DNA from: an uncultured Chloroflexia bacterium
Lineage (GTDB): Bacteria; Chloroflexota; Limnocylindria; Limnocylindrales; CSP1-4
NCBI GenBank assembly: GCA_963828165.1
Contig: CAWHDR010000001.1
Location: 1,888,001 to 1,952,000, forward strand
Reading direction: 5' to 3'
DNA length: 64,000 bases
In this document: positions 18,977 to 30,111 of the stretch, in pieces
Numbering within the stretch: position 1 is the stretch's first letter
How the letters are laid out: every line of letters begins with the position of its first letter
Position numbers and translations under genes: made by a program
Notes under the pieces: model-generated
What the model saw: the letters and a program-made list of their open reading frames with translations, nothing else
What the model was told of the DNA's origin: nothing
The model's database searches: none

Positions 18977-19498
18977 ATGTCCGCCGAGTCGCTCCGCGAG
19001 AAGATCCGCGAGATCCCCGACTTCCCGAAGCCCGGCATCCTGTTCTATGACATCACGACCCTGCTCAAGGATCCGGCCGCCTACAAGGAAGCGATCGACC
19101 TGATGCTCGAGCCGTACAAGGACGAGCACATCGACATCGTCGTCGGGATGGAGTCGCGCGGGTTCATCTTCAGCTCGCCGATGGCCTACCAGCTGGACGC
19201 TGGGCTCGTGCCCGTTCGCAAGCTCGGCAAGCTGCCGGCCGAGACGATCACCGTCGAGTACGCCCTCGAGTACGGGTCCAACACGCTCGAGATCCACCGC
19301 GACGCCGTCCAGCCAGGCCAGAAGGTGCTGATCGTCGACGACCTGCTCGCGACCGGTGGCACGGTCAAGGGCACGATCGAGCTCATCGAGCGACTCAAGG
19401 GCGAGGTCGTCGGGCTGGGCTTCCTGGTCGAGCTTGGGTTCCTCAAGGGTCGCGACCGCCTCGAAGGACGCCGGGTCACCAGCGTCATCGAGTACTGA
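18977..19498 (+). CDS. apt: Adenine phosphoribosyltransferase
   Basis: IPDFPKPGILFYDIT, ESRGFI, RKLGKLP, YALEYG and VDDLLATGGT motifs. Confidence 0.97.
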   Translation: MSAESLREKIREIPDFPKPGILFYDITTLLKDPAAYKEAIDLMLEPYKDEHIDIVVGMESRGFIFSSPMAYQLDAGLVPVRKLGKLPAETITVEYALEYGSNTLEIHRDAVQPGQKVLIVDDLLATGGTVKGTIELIERLKGEVVGLGFLVELGFLKGRDRLEGRRVTSVIEY

Positions 19499-19523
19499 CG
19501 ATCCGCTCGAGGCCGCACGCGAT

Positions 19524-20978
19524 TTGACCGATCCGACCGACACCCGACCTCCTGAAGCGGACCCCGTGGTTCCGCCGGGTGAAGGCGCCGATCTTGCCCG
19601 GCGGCGCTTCTTCCGGCAGTTCGCCGGTGACCTGTTCCACGGCGCGGCCGGCGTGGTCGGTGCCGCGCAGGCGCTCCAGCGGGTCTCCGCGGAGGCTGCC
19701 AGCGCGATCCTCGACCCGAGTTCCGTAACGCTCGGTGGGGCCGCGGCCGTGCCCGTCGTCCCCGAGCCGCCGACCGGCTTTCGGACGCCGTTCCGGGAGA
19801 CGCCCGGCGTCCTCCACCTCGTCGATCAGCGCAAGTTGCCCGACGTGCTCGAGGAATACCGCGTGCGGACCGCATCGGAGGCCGCCTTCGCGATCCGGGA
19901 GATGATCGTGCGCGGCGCTCCGGCCATCGGCCAGGTCGGGGCGATCGGGCTGACGCTCACGGCGGACAAGGCCCGGACCACCCGTCCATACGCTCGCCGC
20001 GCGACGCTCCGTGGTGCGGCGAAGACGCTCATCAACGCACGCCCGACCGCCGTCAACCTGCGCTGGGCGGTCGAGCGCGTCATGGCCGCGTACGAGGCGG
20101 TCGGCGACCTGTCCGAGGACGGGGATGCCATCGCCGACGCGATGCGCGCCGAGGCAGACACCATCGTCTTCGAAACGACCGAGGATCACGGTCGGATGGC
20201 GACGTTCGGGCGGGAGGAACTGGTGTTCCCGCAGGACCGGCCGCTGCGGATCCTCACGCACTGCAACACCGGGCCTCTCGCGTGCGGCCAGTTCGGGACC
20301 GCCCTCGGCGTCGTCCAGGCGGCCCATCATGCTGGCTTGGCCGTGCACGTCTGGGTCGACGAGACCCGGCCGTACCTCCAGGGCGCGCGGCTGACGGCCT
20401 GGGAGCTGGCGCAGGCCGGCGTGCCGCACACGCTGATCCCTGACGTGGCCGCCGGTCACCTGATGGCGAACGGCGAGGTGGACGTCATCCTCGTCGGGGC
20501 CGACCGGATCGCGGCCAACGGGGACACCGCGAACAAGGTCGGCACCTACACGCTGGCCGTGCTGGCGGCTCGCCACGGCATCCCGTTCTACGTCGTCGCG
20601 CCGATCAGCACGGTGGATCTGGCGACGCCCGACGGGACGTCGATCCCGATCGAGGAGCGCAAGGCGAACGAGGTCCTGTTCGTGCGCGGCGTGAGCATCG
20701 CCCCGCCGGAGACCGAGGTCCGCAATCCGGCGTTCGATGTGACCCCGTCGGACCTCATCACCGGCATCGTCAGCGACGAGGGCGTGATCCGGGGCCCCTA
20801 CCCAGAGGGCTTGGCTCAGGCCGTCGCCGGGCGGGACCTGCGGCGCAAGACGGCGCCGGGTTTCGCGGCCGTATCGGCAGCGGCGGTCGCGCCCGTCGCG
20901 CCGGTCGCCGAGCCAGCCGAGCCAGCCGAGCCCGCCGAGTCCTCGCCGCCACCCACGGCCGCCGCGGTCGATTCCTGA
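19524..20978 (+). CDS. mtnA: S-methyl-5-thioribose-1-phosphate isomerase with N- and C-terminal extensions
   Basis: [52 protein letters not shown] and NPAFDVTP motifs; start uncertain (TTG 19524). Confidence 0.93.
   Translation: MTDPTDTRPPEADPVVPPGEGADLARRRFFRQFAGDLFHGAAGVVGAAQALQRVSAEAASAILDPSSVTLGGAAAVPVVPEPPTGFRTPFRETPGVLHLVDQRKLPDVLEEYRVRTASEAAFAIREMIVRGAPAIGQVGAIGLTLTADKARTTRPYARRATLRGAAKTLINARPTAVNLRWAVERVMAAYEAVGDLSEDGDAIADAMRAEADTIVFETTEDHGRMATFGREELVFPQDRPLRILTHCNTGPLACGQFGTALGVVQAAHHAGLAVHVWVDETRPYLQGARLTAWELAQAGVPHTLIPDVAAGHLMANGEVDVILVGADRIAANGDTANKVGTYTLAVLAARHGIPFYVVAPISTVDLATPDGTSIPIEERKANEVLFVRGVSIAPPETEVRNPAFDVTPSDLITGIVSDEGVIRGPYPEGLAQAVAGRDLRRKTAPGFAAVSAAAVAPVAPVAEPAEPAEPAESSPPPTAAAVDS
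20907..20939 (+). repeat. 9-bp tandem repeat (GCCGAGCCA/C, about 3.7 copies) encoding an AEP-repeat tail of MtnA
   Basis: gccgagcca gccgagcca gccgagccc gccgag. Confidence 0.8.
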
Positions 20979-21844
20979 TGGCGACCATCGCGATCGGCCG
21001 TCGCCCGGCCGCCATCGCCCGCCAGACCACGGATCGCGACCTGCTCTACTCGTTCCTGGGACAGGACCGGCTGTACGCGGCCTATGCGATCTGCGACCTC
21101 GAAGAGCGCGAGTTCGCGCGCACGCGCTGGGGCGCGGCGTACGACGGCGACGAGCTCATCGCCGTCGGGATGGAGTACACGGGTCCGACCCCGCAGCCGC
21201 TGTTCGTCCTGGGCCGGCCAGATGGCGTCAGCGCGGTGCTCCGCGATGTCATCCGCCCGCGAGCCGCGTACATCGCCGCTCGCACGATGATGCTCCCCGC
21301 CGTCGAGGGCCACTACCGCGTGGATCCCGGGCCGCAGATGGTCCGGATGTGGGTCGATCGGGCGCGGTTCCGACCGTATCCGGCGACGGTCCAGCGGCTG
21401 CTGCCCGTCGAGATCGGGGAGCTCAACCGGCTCTACCAGCTCGGGTTCGCCTCGTGGCTGCCGTCCGGCGCGATCGCCGACGGCGTCTATTACGGGATGC
21501 GCGTCAACGGCCAGCTCGTGGCGGCGGCCGGCACGCACGTCGTGAGCCCGTCAGCCCGTCTCGCGGTGGTCGGCAACGTCCTGACCCATCTCGACTATCG
21601 TGGGCGCGGCTTCGCGACCGCCGTCACTGGTGCCGTGACTGCGGAACTCCTGCGGTCGTGCGACCAGATCGTCCTCAACGTCCGGGCGGACAATCCACCA
21701 GCGATCAATGCCTATCGACGGTTGGGCTACATCGAGCACGCGCGCTTCGAGGAGCGCCTCATCCATCGCCTCGGCTCGCCCTGGCCCGACATCACGGCGC
21801 CGCTGCGCCGCCTCTTCGCCCGCAAGGAGACCGATCCCCGATGA
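20978..21844 (+). CDS. GNAT family N-acetyltransferase (FR47-like)
   Basis: [15 protein letters not shown] acetyl-CoA motif and [19 protein letters not shown]; coupled to mtnA (TGATG) and ahcY (ATGA). Confidence 0.88.
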   Translation: MATIAIGRRPAAIARQTTDRDLLYSFLGQDRLYAAYAICDLEEREFARTRWGAAYDGDELIAVGMEYTGPTPQPLFVLGRPDGVSAVLRDVIRPRAAYIAARTMMLPAVEGHYRVDPGPQMVRMWVDRARFRPYPATVQRLLPVEIGELNRLYQLGFASWLPSGAIADGVYYGMRVNGQLVAAAGTHVVSPSARLAVVGNVLTHLDYRGRGFATAVTGAVTAELLRSCDQIVLNVRADNPPAINAYRRLGYIEHARFEERLIHRLGSPWPDITAPLRRLFARKETDPR

Positions 21845-23118
21845 CCGACGCCGCTATCCTGCCCGCCCACGACGTGACCGACCTCGGCCTTGCCGAGGAG
21901 GGCGTCCGGCGCATCGAGTGGGCCGAGCGTGAGATGCCCGTCCTGCGGCTGATCCGCGAGCGCTTCGAGCGCGAACAGCCGCTCGCGGGCCTGCGCATCG
22001 GGGCGTGCCTGCACGTCACGACCGAAACCGCCAACCTGATGCGCACGCTCAAGGCGGGCGGCGCCGACGTCGTGCTCGCGGCCTCGAACCCACTCTCGAC
22101 GAAGGACGATGTCGCGGCCGCGCTCGTGGCCGAGTACGGCATCGCGACGTTCGCCCGACGCGGCGAGGATCGCGACACGTACTACGACCACCTCAAGAGC
22201 GTGGCCGACACGCGCCCGCAGATCACCATGGACGACGGCTGCGACCTCGTCTCGCTCCTCCACAGCGAGCGGCCCGACCAGGTCAAGGAGGTCCTGGCGG
22301 GCACGGAGGAGACGACCACCGGTGTGATCCGGCTCAAGGCGATGGCCGCCGACAAGGCTCTGGGCTTCCCGGTCGTGGCGGTCAACGAGGCGCAGACCAA
22401 GCACCTCTTCGACAACCGCTACGGCACCGGCCAGAGCACGCTGGACGGCATCCTGCGGGCCACGAACATCCTCATCGCCGGCCGCAAGGTCGTCGTCGCC
22501 GGCTACGGCTGGGTCGGCAAGGGGATCGCGTCGCGCATGGACGGCCACGGGGCCCATGTGGCGGTCGTAGAGGTCGATCCGGTCCGAGCCCTGGAGGCGC
22601 TGATGGACGGGTTCGCGGTGATGAGCCACGGCGACGCCGCTGCATGGGGCGACCTGTTCGTCACCGCGACCGGCAACCTCAACGTCTTCCGCCGCGAGCA
22701 TTTCGAGGTCATGGGGGACGGCGCGATCATGGCCAACTCGGGTCACTTCGACGCCGAGCTCGACCTCGCCGCGCTGCGCGCGATGGCCGAGGGCCACGTG
22801 CGCGAGGTCCGCGAGAACGTCCTGGAGTTCGACCTGGGCGGCAAGAAGCTCAACCTCATCGCCGAGGGCCGCCTGGTCAACCTCGGAGCGGCCGAGGGCC
22901 ACCCCGCCGCGGTCATGGACATGAGCTTCGCGAACCAGGCCCTGTGCGCCGAATACGTCGCGGGGCACCACGCCGAGCTCGAACCGATGGTCTACGTCGT
23001 CCCCGAGGCGATCGATGCGGAAGTCGCGCGGCTCAAGCTGGCCGCGCTCGGCATCGAGCTCGAGCCGATGACCGCGGAACAGGCCGACTACGTCTCGTCC
23101 TGGCAGCACGGGACCTGA
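21841..23118 (+). CDS. ahcY: Adenosylhomocysteinase
   Basis: [53 protein letters not shown] and [11 protein letters not shown] motifs. Confidence 0.97.
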   Translation: MTDAAILPAHDVTDLGLAEEGVRRIEWAEREMPVLRLIRERFEREQPLAGLRIGACLHVTTETANLMRTLKAGGADVVLAASNPLSTKDDVAAALVAEYGIATFARRGEDRDTYYDHLKSVADTRPQITMDDGCDLVSLLHSERPDQVKEVLAGTEETTTGVIRLKAMAADKALGFPVVAVNEAQTKHLFDNRYGTGQSTLDGILRATNILIAGRKVVVAGYGWVGKGIASRMDGHGAHVAVVEVDPVRALEALMDGFAVMSHGDAAAWGDLFVTATGNLNVFRREHFEVMGDGAIMANSGHFDAELDLAALRAMAEGHVREVRENVLEFDLGGKKLNLIAEGRLVNLGAAEGHPAAVMDMSFANQALCAEYVAGHHAELEPMVYVVPEAIDAEVARLKLAALGIELEPMTAEQADYVSSWQHGT

Positions 23119-23169
23119 CCAACTCGCGGCCGGATCGGTATCCGGGCGGAACGCGGTAGAGTTCCGCCG

Positions 23170-25197
23170 ATGACAGACGATCGACTGCTGTCGACCGCCG
23201 ACGCGACTCCCTCCGACGACCCGCCCGACGAGCGGGCGCGGCTGCCCTACGGCAGCTGGCCGTCGCCGATCCGCATCGACGATCTGCTGGGCGACACCGT
23301 CCGGCTCAGCGAGCCCTGGATCGATGGCGACGAGACCTACTGGATCGAGAGCCGGCCCGCCGAGGCCGGCCGCAGCGTGCTCGTCCGGCGCGGGGTCGAC
23401 GGAACGACCGAGGATGTGACCGCCGCGCCGTTCGATGTGCGCAACCGGGTGCACGAGTACGGCGGCGGCTCCTACACGGTCGCCGGTGGCACCGTCGCCT
23501 TCTCGAACCGTGCCGACGGCCGGCTGTATCGCCTGGATCCGGGAGCGACCGAGCCCCAGCCCATCACCCCGGAGGGCGACTATCGATACGCCGACCTGCG
23601 CTTCGACCAGGGCCGTCGTCGGTTCCTGGCCGTGCGCGAAGACCACACCGGCGACGGCGAGGCGGTCGCGACGATCGTGGAGGTGCCGCTCGACGGGGAG
23701 CGAGCGCCGCGGGTCCTGGTCGAAGGGCCGGACTTCCTCGCAGCGCCCCGCCTCTCACCCGACGGGTCGAGGGTCGCCTGGCTCGAATGGGACCACCCCG
23801 ACATGCCCTGGGACTCGACTCGCCTGCGGATCGCCACGGTCCGCGCCGACGGGTTCCTCGATCCCTCCGACCTCGCCGCCGGTGGCCCGGACGAATCGAT
23901 CGTCCAGCCCGAATGGTCGCCGGACGGCGTCCTCCACCTCGTCAGCGATCGGAGCGGTTGGTGGAACCTGTACCGCCTCGTCGAAGGGCCGCGGCTGGAG
24001 CCGCTCGCGCCGCTGGAGGCCGAGTTCACGAAGCCGGCATGGGTCTTCGATCGCTCGACGTATGGCTTCTTGCCCGACGGTTCGATCGTGGCTGTGGCGC
24101 GAGCCCGGGGCCGGGACCGGATCTTCCACGTCGCTCCGGGTCGCCTCACGGGCGAGCTGGAGTCCCCGTTCACCGACATCGGGAGCCTGCGCGCCGGCGG
24201 GGGTTCGGTCCTGGCGATCGCCGGATCGCCCACCGAGACGTCGATGCTCGTCGCGCTCGATCCAACGACGCTGGCGCCGACCGGCGTGCTGCGGCGCTCC
24301 AGCGCGGTGGCCATCGACCCGGCCTGGACGTCGGTCGCCGAGCCGATCACGTTCCCGAGCGCGGGCGGACGCGTCGCCCACGGTCTCTTCTACCGGCCGA
24401 CGAACCCGGACGTCGCCGCGCCAGACGGCGAGCTGCCGCCGCTCCTGGTCCATTCGCACGGCGGACCCACATCGCACGCTGCCAACGCGCTCGACCTCGG
24501 GATCCAGCTGCTGACGAGCCGGGGCATCGCCGTGGTTGACGTCGACTACGGAGGGAGCACGGGCTACGGACGCGAGTACCGCCGCGAGCTGGAGGGCAAT
24601 TGGGGGGTCGTCGACGTTGACGACTGCGAGGCTGCCGCCCAGTACCTGGTGGCTCGCGGCGATGCGGATCCGGAACGCCTGGCGATCGAAGGCGGCAGCG
24701 CCGGTGGCTACACCACCCTGGCCGCCCTCGCGTTCCGCGACACGTTCGCAGCCGGCATCAGCCTCTACGGGATCGGAGACCTCGAGGCGCTGGTCCACGA
24801 TGACCACAAGTTCGAGTCGCGCTACTCCGACGGGCTGGTCGGCCCGTACCCCGAAGCGGCCGAGTTGTACCGCGAGCGGTCCCCGAACCACCACCTCGAA
24901 GGCATCTCCTGCCCGGTGCTCGTCATCCAGGGTCTCGAAGACCACGTGGTCTCGCCGCGCCATGCAGAGGCGATCGTCGCGGCCCTCGCGGCCAACGACA
25001 TCCCGCATGCCTACCTCGCCTTCGAGGGTGAGGGCCACGGGTTCCGCGGCGCCGACGCCATCCGGCGCACGCTGGAGGCCCGGCTCTCGTTCCTGGGCGC
25101 GGTGTTCGGGTTCACGCCGGCCGACGACCTTTCGCCGCTCGACGTCCCGGGTCTCGCCGATCGGCGCGCCAGCCGGACGCGCGTCGCCGCCCGGTAG
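23170..25197 (+). CDS. S9 family peptidase (prolyl oligopeptidase/acylaminoacyl peptidase)
   Basis: PYGSWPSPI, VHEYGGG, HGGP, GGSAGG nucleophile, QGLED and GEGHGFR motifs. Confidence 0.93.
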   Translation: MTDDRLLSTADATPSDDPPDERARLPYGSWPSPIRIDDLLGDTVRLSEPWIDGDETYWIESRPAEAGRSVLVRRGVDGTTEDVTAAPFDVRNRVHEYGGGSYTVAGGTVAFSNRADGRLYRLDPGATEPQPITPEGDYRYADLRFDQGRRRFLAVREDHTGDGEAVATIVEVPLDGERAPRVLVEGPDFLAAPRLSPDGSRVAWLEWDHPDMPWDSTRLRIATVRADGFLDPSDLAAGGPDESIVQPEWSPDGVLHLVSDRSGWWNLYRLVEGPRLEPLAPLEAEFTKPAWVFDRSTYGFLPDGSIVAVARARGRDRIFHVAPGRLTGELESPFTDIGSLRAGGGSVLAIAGSPTETSMLVALDPTTLAPTGVLRRSSAVAIDPAWTSVAEPITFPSAGGRVAHGLFYRPTNPDVAAPDGELPPLLVHSHGGPTSHAANALDLGIQLLTSRGIAVVDVDYGGSTGYGREYRRELEGNWGVVDVDDCEAAAQYLVARGDADPERLAIEGGSAGGYTTLAALAFRDTFAAGISLYGIGDLEALVHDDHKFESRYSDGLVGPYPEAAELYRERSPNHHLEGISCPVLVIQGLEDHVVSPRHAEAIVAALAANDIPHAYLAFEGEGHGFRGADAIRRTLEARLSFLGAVFGFTPADDLSPLDVPGLADRRASRTRVAAR

Positions 25198-25218
25198 TTC
25201 GGGATACCGGTCTCGCTC

Positions 25219-26850
25219 GTGCGCCTCGCTGTCACCGACCCGGCGCTGTCGCATGAGCTGGGTCCCATCGAGCTCATCTTCATCACGCTGGCCTTCGCGA
25301 TCGCGCTGACCTACGTCGCGCGGCGACTGCGGATCGCCGACCCGATCCTGCTGTTGGTCGGCGGGATCGTGCTCAGCCAGCTCCCGGACCTCCCCGACAT
25401 CGAGCTCGCGCCGGACGTCGTGTTCCTCTTGTTCCTGCCGCCGATCCTCTTCGGCGCCGCGTACTTCACGCCCATCCGGGACTTCAAGGCCAATCTGCGG
25501 CCGATCCTGCTGCTGGCGATCGGGCTGGTCCTGTTCACGACCGCCGCCGTCGCCCTCGTCGTCCAGCAGCTGACCGACATGCCGGTCGCCGCCGCTTTCG
25601 CGCTCGGGGCGATCGTCGCGCCGCCGGACGCTGTGGCCGCCACGGCGGTCTTCCGGCGCCTCGGCGTGCCGCGACGGATCGTGACGATCCTGGAGGGTGA
25701 GAGCCTCCTCAACGACGCGTCGGCGTTGATCGTGTATCGCCTCGCCGTCGTCGCCGGGGCGGCCGCCGCCAGCTCGGTCGCCTTCTCGCTGGGCAACGCC
25801 GCGGCCGATGTGGCGGGAGCCGTCGTCGCCTTCGTCGTCGTCGGGGCCGGCGGGCTTGCCATCGGGGCGATCGTCGGCGCCATCGTGACGCGGACGCTGC
25901 ATCGCACGGCGGACCCCGTCATCGAGATCATCGTCACGCTGCTCGCGCCGGCGACCGCCTACATCGCCGCGGAGCAGGTCGGCGTGTCAGGAGTCCTCGC
26001 GACGGTCGTCGCCGGGCTCATGACAGGGCAGCGCGGAGCGCGGGTCCTGTCACCCGATGCGCGGCTCATGGGCATCGGCGTCTGGCAGACGGTCATCTGG
26101 TTGATCAATGCGTCCGTCTTCATGCTCATCGGCCTGCAGCTGCCGGCGATCCTCGAGGCCGTCCTCGCTGACCACCCTCCCGAGGAGCTGTTGGGGTTGG
26201 GGTTGGCGGTGAGCGCGACCGCCATCGTCGCCCGGATCGTGTGGGTCTACCCAGCGACGTACCTTCCCCGCTATTTCAGCGAGAGCCTGCGGGCGCGCGA
26301 CCCGTATCCGCCGGCCCGCTCCGTGTTCATCATCTCCTGGGCCGGCATGCGCGGGGTGGTGTCGCTGGCGGCCGCGTTCGCGCTACCGCCAGAGTTCCCG
26401 TCGCGCGACCTCATCCTGTTCCTCACGTTCTGCGTCATCGCCGCGACCCTCGTCGGGCAGGGCCTGACGCTGCCCTGGCTCATCCGTCACCTTGGCGTGC
26501 TGGCTCCCGCCGGGCAGGACGGGGAGGTGGTCCACGCCCGACTCGCCGCGGTGGAGGCGGCGCTGCAGCGTCTCGAGCAGCTCAAGAACGACTACCCGGA
26601 CCATTTGCCACTCATCGAGCAGCTCCGCGACGAGTACGAGCACGAGGCGAGCCATGTGATGCCGAGCGCCGGGGCCACCGTCGACGAGGCCGAGCAGGAG
26701 CTCCTCGAGCACCGGACGATCCGCAACGCAGTCCTCGCCGCCCAGCGAGAGGCCATGATCGGCCTGCGCGACGCCGGGGTCATCAACGACGAGACCCTGC
26801 GATCGATCGAGCGCGACCTGGACCTCGAAGCCCTGCGTGCCGACGCCTGA
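25219..26850 (+). CDS. Na+/H+ antiporter, CPA1 family (NhaK/YjcE-like)
   Basis: FLPPILF, APPDAVA, LEGESLLNDA, WAGMRGVVSLAAA and QGLTLP motifs. Confidence 0.92.
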   Translation: MRLAVTDPALSHELGPIELIFITLAFAIALTYVARRLRIADPILLLVGGIVLSQLPDLPDIELAPDVVFLLFLPPILFGAAYFTPIRDFKANLRPILLLAIGLVLFTTAAVALVVQQLTDMPVAAAFALGAIVAPPDAVAATAVFRRLGVPRRIVTILEGESLLNDASALIVYRLAVVAGAAAASSVAFSLGNAAADVAGAVVAFVVVGAGGLAIGAIVGAIVTRTLHRTADPVIEIIVTLLAPATAYIAAEQVGVSGVLATVVAGLMTGQRGARVLSPDARLMGIGVWQTVIWLINASVFMLIGLQLPAILEAVLADHPPEELLGLGLAVSATAIVARIVWVYPATYLPRYFSESLRARDPYPPARSVFIISWAGMRGVVSLAAAFALPPEFPSRDLILFLTFCVIAATLVGQGLTLPWLIRHLGVLAPAGQDGEVVHARLAAVEAALQRLEQLKNDYPDHLPLIEQLRDEYEHEASHVMPSAGATVDEAEQELLEHRTIRNAVLAAQREAMIGLRDAGVINDETLRSIERDLDLEALRADA

Positions 26851-26932
26851 CCCACCCCGGACAAAGGTCCCGCGTCGGCCGTCGCCGCTTGGGTGATACC
26901 CTCCGGGCAACCCCCAACGGAGTACCCGCCAA

Positions 26933-28153
26933 GTGAGCATCGTCGACGCCGCGCACTACCTATTCACGTCCGAGTCGGTCACCGAAGGTCACCCCGACAA
27001 GATGTGCGACCAGATCTCGGACGCGATCCTGGACCAGATCCTGCGGGACGACCCGGACGCCCGTGTCGCCTGCGAGACGGCGACGACGACCGGTCTCGTG
27101 CTCGTGCTCGGCGAGATCACGACGCACACCTACATCGACTTCCAGACCATCGTCCGCGATACCGTGCGCGACATCGGCTACACCCGCGCCGACTACGGGT
27201 TCGACTACCAGACCTGCGGCACGCTGGTCTCCGTAAAGGGCCAGTCGCCCGACATCGCCCAGGGCGTCGATGCCGCCCTCGAGGTCCGCGACGATGCGGC
27301 CTCGGCGTTCGAGCTGGGCGCCGGCGACCAGGGGATGATGTTCGGGTTCGCCTGCCGCGAGACCCCGGAGCTCATGCCGCTGCCGATCGCGCTCGCCCAC
27401 CGGATGGCGCGTCGCCTGTCGGAGGTCCGCAAGTCCGGCCAGCTGCCCTACCTGCGGCCGGACGGCAAGACCCAGGTGACCGTCGAGTACGAGCACGGCG
27501 TTCCCAAGCGGGTCCGCACGGTGGTCGTGTCGGCCCAGCACGATCCCGATGTGCGTCCCGAGCGGCTGCGCTCGGACATCGTCGAGTCGGTGATCCTGCC
27601 GACGATCCCGCGCGAGCTGCGCGACACGGACCCGGTCATGCACGTGAACCCGACCGGACGGTTCGTCACGGGCGGCCCGATGGGCGATGCCGGCCTGACC
27701 GGACGCAAGATCATCGTCGACTCGTACGGCGGGATGGCGCGTCATGGCGGGGGCGCGTTCTCCGGCAAGGATCCGACGAAGGTCGACCGGTCCGCCGCGT
27801 ACGCGGCCCGTTGGGTGGCCAAGAACGTGGTCGCGGCAGGTCTCGCCGATCGCTTCGAGGTCGAGGTCGCCTACGGCATCGGCATCGCCCGGCCGATCAG
27901 CTTCACGGTCGAGTCGTTCGGCACGGGCAAGGTCGACGACGCCGAGATCCAGGCACTCATCGAGCGCCATTTCGACATGCGCCCGGCTTCGATCATCGCG
28001 GCGCTCGACCTGCGCCGCCCGATCTACCGCCAGACGGCCGCGTACGGCCACTTCGGGCGGCCGGACCTGGACCTGCCGTGGGAGCGCACGGACAAGGCGG
28101 CCCTGCTCGCGGCGGACGCGGGCCTGCCGGAGCCGGCGGCAGTCAGCGCCTGA
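26933..28153 (+). CDS. metK: S-adenosylmethionine synthetase
   Basis: [34 protein letters not shown] and [16 protein letters not shown] motifs. Confidence 0.98.
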   Translation: MSIVDAAHYLFTSESVTEGHPDKMCDQISDAILDQILRDDPDARVACETATTTGLVLVLGEITTHTYIDFQTIVRDTVRDIGYTRADYGFDYQTCGTLVSVKGQSPDIAQGVDAALEVRDDAASAFELGAGDQGMMFGFACRETPELMPLPIALAHRMARRLSEVRKSGQLPYLRPDGKTQVTVEYEHGVPKRVRTVVVSAQHDPDVRPERLRSDIVESVILPTIPRELRDTDPVMHVNPTGRFVTGGPMGDAGLTGRKIIVDSYGGMARHGGGAFSGKDPTKVDRSAAYAARWVAKNVVAAGLADRFEVEVAYGIGIARPISFTVESFGTGKVDDAEIQALIERHFDMRPASIIAALDLRRPIYRQTAAYGHFGRPDLDLPWERTDKAALLAADAGLPEPAAVSA

Positions 28154-28225
28154 CCACCAGGGCTTGTCGAGGGCCCGCGCCAGGTATCGGCGTCGTCGAG
28201 GGAAGCGGTCGCTGATCCCGAACGT

Positions 28226-29179
28226 CTAGCTCGACTGTTCGGTGACCATGCCGGCGACTCCGCCCACCTGTCCGCTGGCTCCGGTTCGGCGCGCGTTGCG
28301 GGTCAGCAACCATTGGCCGCCTAGCAGCAACGCCAGGGTCACCAGGAGCATCAGTGCAGCGACAGCGTTCGTGGCGGGCGTCACGCCGCGGCGGATCTGT
28401 CCGAACACGTACAGCGGCACGGTCGAGGTACCGCGGCCATTCACGAAGGTCGTGATCAGGTAGTCGTCGAAGGCGAACGTGAACGACAGGAGGAACCCGG
28501 CAACGATCGCCGGCAGCAGCTGCGGGAACGTGATCTGCCAGAACGTCCGCCACGGAGTTCCGTACAGGTCGAAGCTGGCCTCCACGTGCGTCCGATCCAT
28601 CCCCGAGAGTCGAGCCCGAACCAGCAACAACACCAGGCTGATGTTGAACAACGCCAAGGCGCTGACGATCGTGTGGAAGCCGAACCCGAGCTCCTGGCCG
28701 GTGAGGGCCGTCAGGACCCCGTCGCGGCCGATCACGCTCGCGAAGAACACCAGCGTCGCCAGGGCGATCACCAGTTCGGGGATGATGACGCTGATGTAGG
28801 TCAGCCCGTCGAAGGGGATGCGGAACCAGCGCGGCGCGCGCTGGATCCCGAGGGCCGCCATCGTTCCGATGATCGTGGCGATCGTCGCCGTAGCGAGGCC
28901 CACGATGACGCTGTTCGTCAGGTAGCGCTGGATCTCGCGGCTCTCCAGCACGTACTCGTACCAGCGGAGGCTGAAGCCCTCCCAATGCATGACCCGACGG
29001 TCCGTGCCGTTGAAGCTGAAGACGACCACGACGAGGATCGGTAGATACAGGAAGGCGTACACGAGGAGGGTATGGCCGCGAAGCCAGACCTCCACGAGAT
29101 CAGCGGATCGGGCGAACCTCCCGCGGGCGCGACCCTGGGTGGTTCGCGTCGCGGGGATCGGGATGGCGGGCGAGCTCAC
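28226..29179 (-). CDS. potC: Polyamine ABC transporter permease
   Basis: FLYLPILVVVVFSFN, FSLRWY, EAA loop EASFDLYG and SFTFAFDD motifs; GTG start overlaps the potB stop. Confidence 0.85.
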   Translation of the reverse strand: MSSPAIPIPATRTTQGRARGRFARSADLVEVWLRGHTLLVYAFLYLPILVVVVFSFNGTDRRVMHWEGFSLRWYEYVLESREIQRYLTNSVIVGLATATIATIIGTMAALGIQRAPRWFRIPFDGLTYISVIIPELVIALATLVFFASVIGRDGVLTALTGQELGFGFHTIVSALALFNISLVLLLVRARLSGMDRTHVEASFDLYGTPWRTFWQITFPQLLPAIVAGFLLSFTFAFDDYLITTFVNGRGTSTVPLYVFGQIRRGVTPATNAVAALMLLVTLALLLGGQWLLTRNARRTGASGQVGGVAGMVTEQSS

Positions 29180-30084
29180 AGGACGCTCTGGTCGCGTCCG
29201 CGATGGCCGCGATTCGAGAACCACAGGTAGAAGGTCACGACCACCAGCATGATGATCATCAGCGCGACCGCCTGGGCCGATCCGGCCGGCCAGTTACGTG
29301 CCTCGAGGAACCGGAGAACCAGCGCGTTCCCGGCGGTGAAGACCTGCCCGTAGCCCAGGATCTGGGGCACGACGTACTCACCCATCATCGGGATGAAGAC
29401 CAGGATGCTGCCGGTGACGAGACCAGGGAGCGCCACGGGCAAGGTCACCTGCCGGAATGTCGCCCAACGACCGGCCCCGAGATCCTTCGACGCCTCGACC
29501 AGAGCCCGGTCCATCCGCTCGAGCGTCACGTAGAGGGGAAAGACCATCAGCGGCAGATATCCGTAGACGAGTCCCAGCAGTACGGCGAACTCGGTCCCCA
29601 GGATCCGGAAGCTGCTGTTCCCCATCAGATCGCCGAAGAATCCGGCGACACCCTCGGGGCCGAGGATCGTGAGCCACGCGTACGTCCGGATGAGGAAGCT
29701 GGTCCAGAACGGGATGACGAGCAGCACGACGAACAGAGACTTCCGATGACCGGCGCGCGTAGCGATGAAATACGCCAGCGGCAGGCCGATGAGGAGGCAC
29801 AGGACCGTCCCCGCGATGGCGAGTTGCAGGCTCGTGATGAACGGATCGGCGTTTCGGAACGCATTGGCGTAGTTCTGGGTCGTGAACCCGCCGGCGTAGC
29901 CGCCAGTCGACCCGCGCTCGCCGAAACTGAACAGTACGACGAGCGCGAGTGGTGCGACGAGCAGCACGACGTACCACAGCCCGGCGGGCAAGATCAGCGC
30001 CGCCGTCAGCAGACGGGAGCGCAACGTGCCCCGGTCCCCGCCCGTGTCGAGGTGGGCGGGGAGGGCCGGGGTCACCGTGCTCAT
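29176..30084 (-). CDS. potB: Polyamine ABC transporter permease
   Basis: PFWTSFLIRTYAW, YLPLMVFPLY, EASKDLGA and RNWPAGSA motifs. Confidence 0.87.
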   Translation of the reverse strand: MSTVTPALPAHLDTGGDRGTLRSRLLTAALILPAGLWYVVLLVAPLALVVLFSFGERGSTGGYAGGFTTQNYANAFRNADPFITSLQLAIAGTVLCLLIGLPLAYFIATRAGHRKSLFVVLLVIPFWTSFLIRTYAWLTILGPEGVAGFFGDLMGNSSFRILGTEFAVLLGLVYGYLPLMVFPLYVTLERMDRALVEASKDLGAGRWATFRQVTLPVALPGLVTGSILVFIPMMGEYVVPQILGYGQVFTAGNALVLRFLEARNWPAGSAQAVALMIIMLVVVTFYLWFSNRGHRGRDQSVL

Positions 30085-30111
30085 CGAGGGTCCTAGCGGG
30101 TCAGCGCGGGA

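Noticed and set aside
17465-19498. Apparent fusion or long N-extended ORFs (876..2249, 17133..18845, 17465..19498, 21349..23118, 48654..50375, 55279..56400)
   Set aside because: The extensions overlap other real genes; internal starts with overlap coupling or -10/SD signals give family-typical lengths.
26851-26932. Possible SAM riboswitch before metK (CTCCG/CGGAG hairpin)
   Set aside because: Only 82 bp, contains a probable -10 box (TACCCT), and I see no SAM-I/II/III/V or SAM-SAH consensus.
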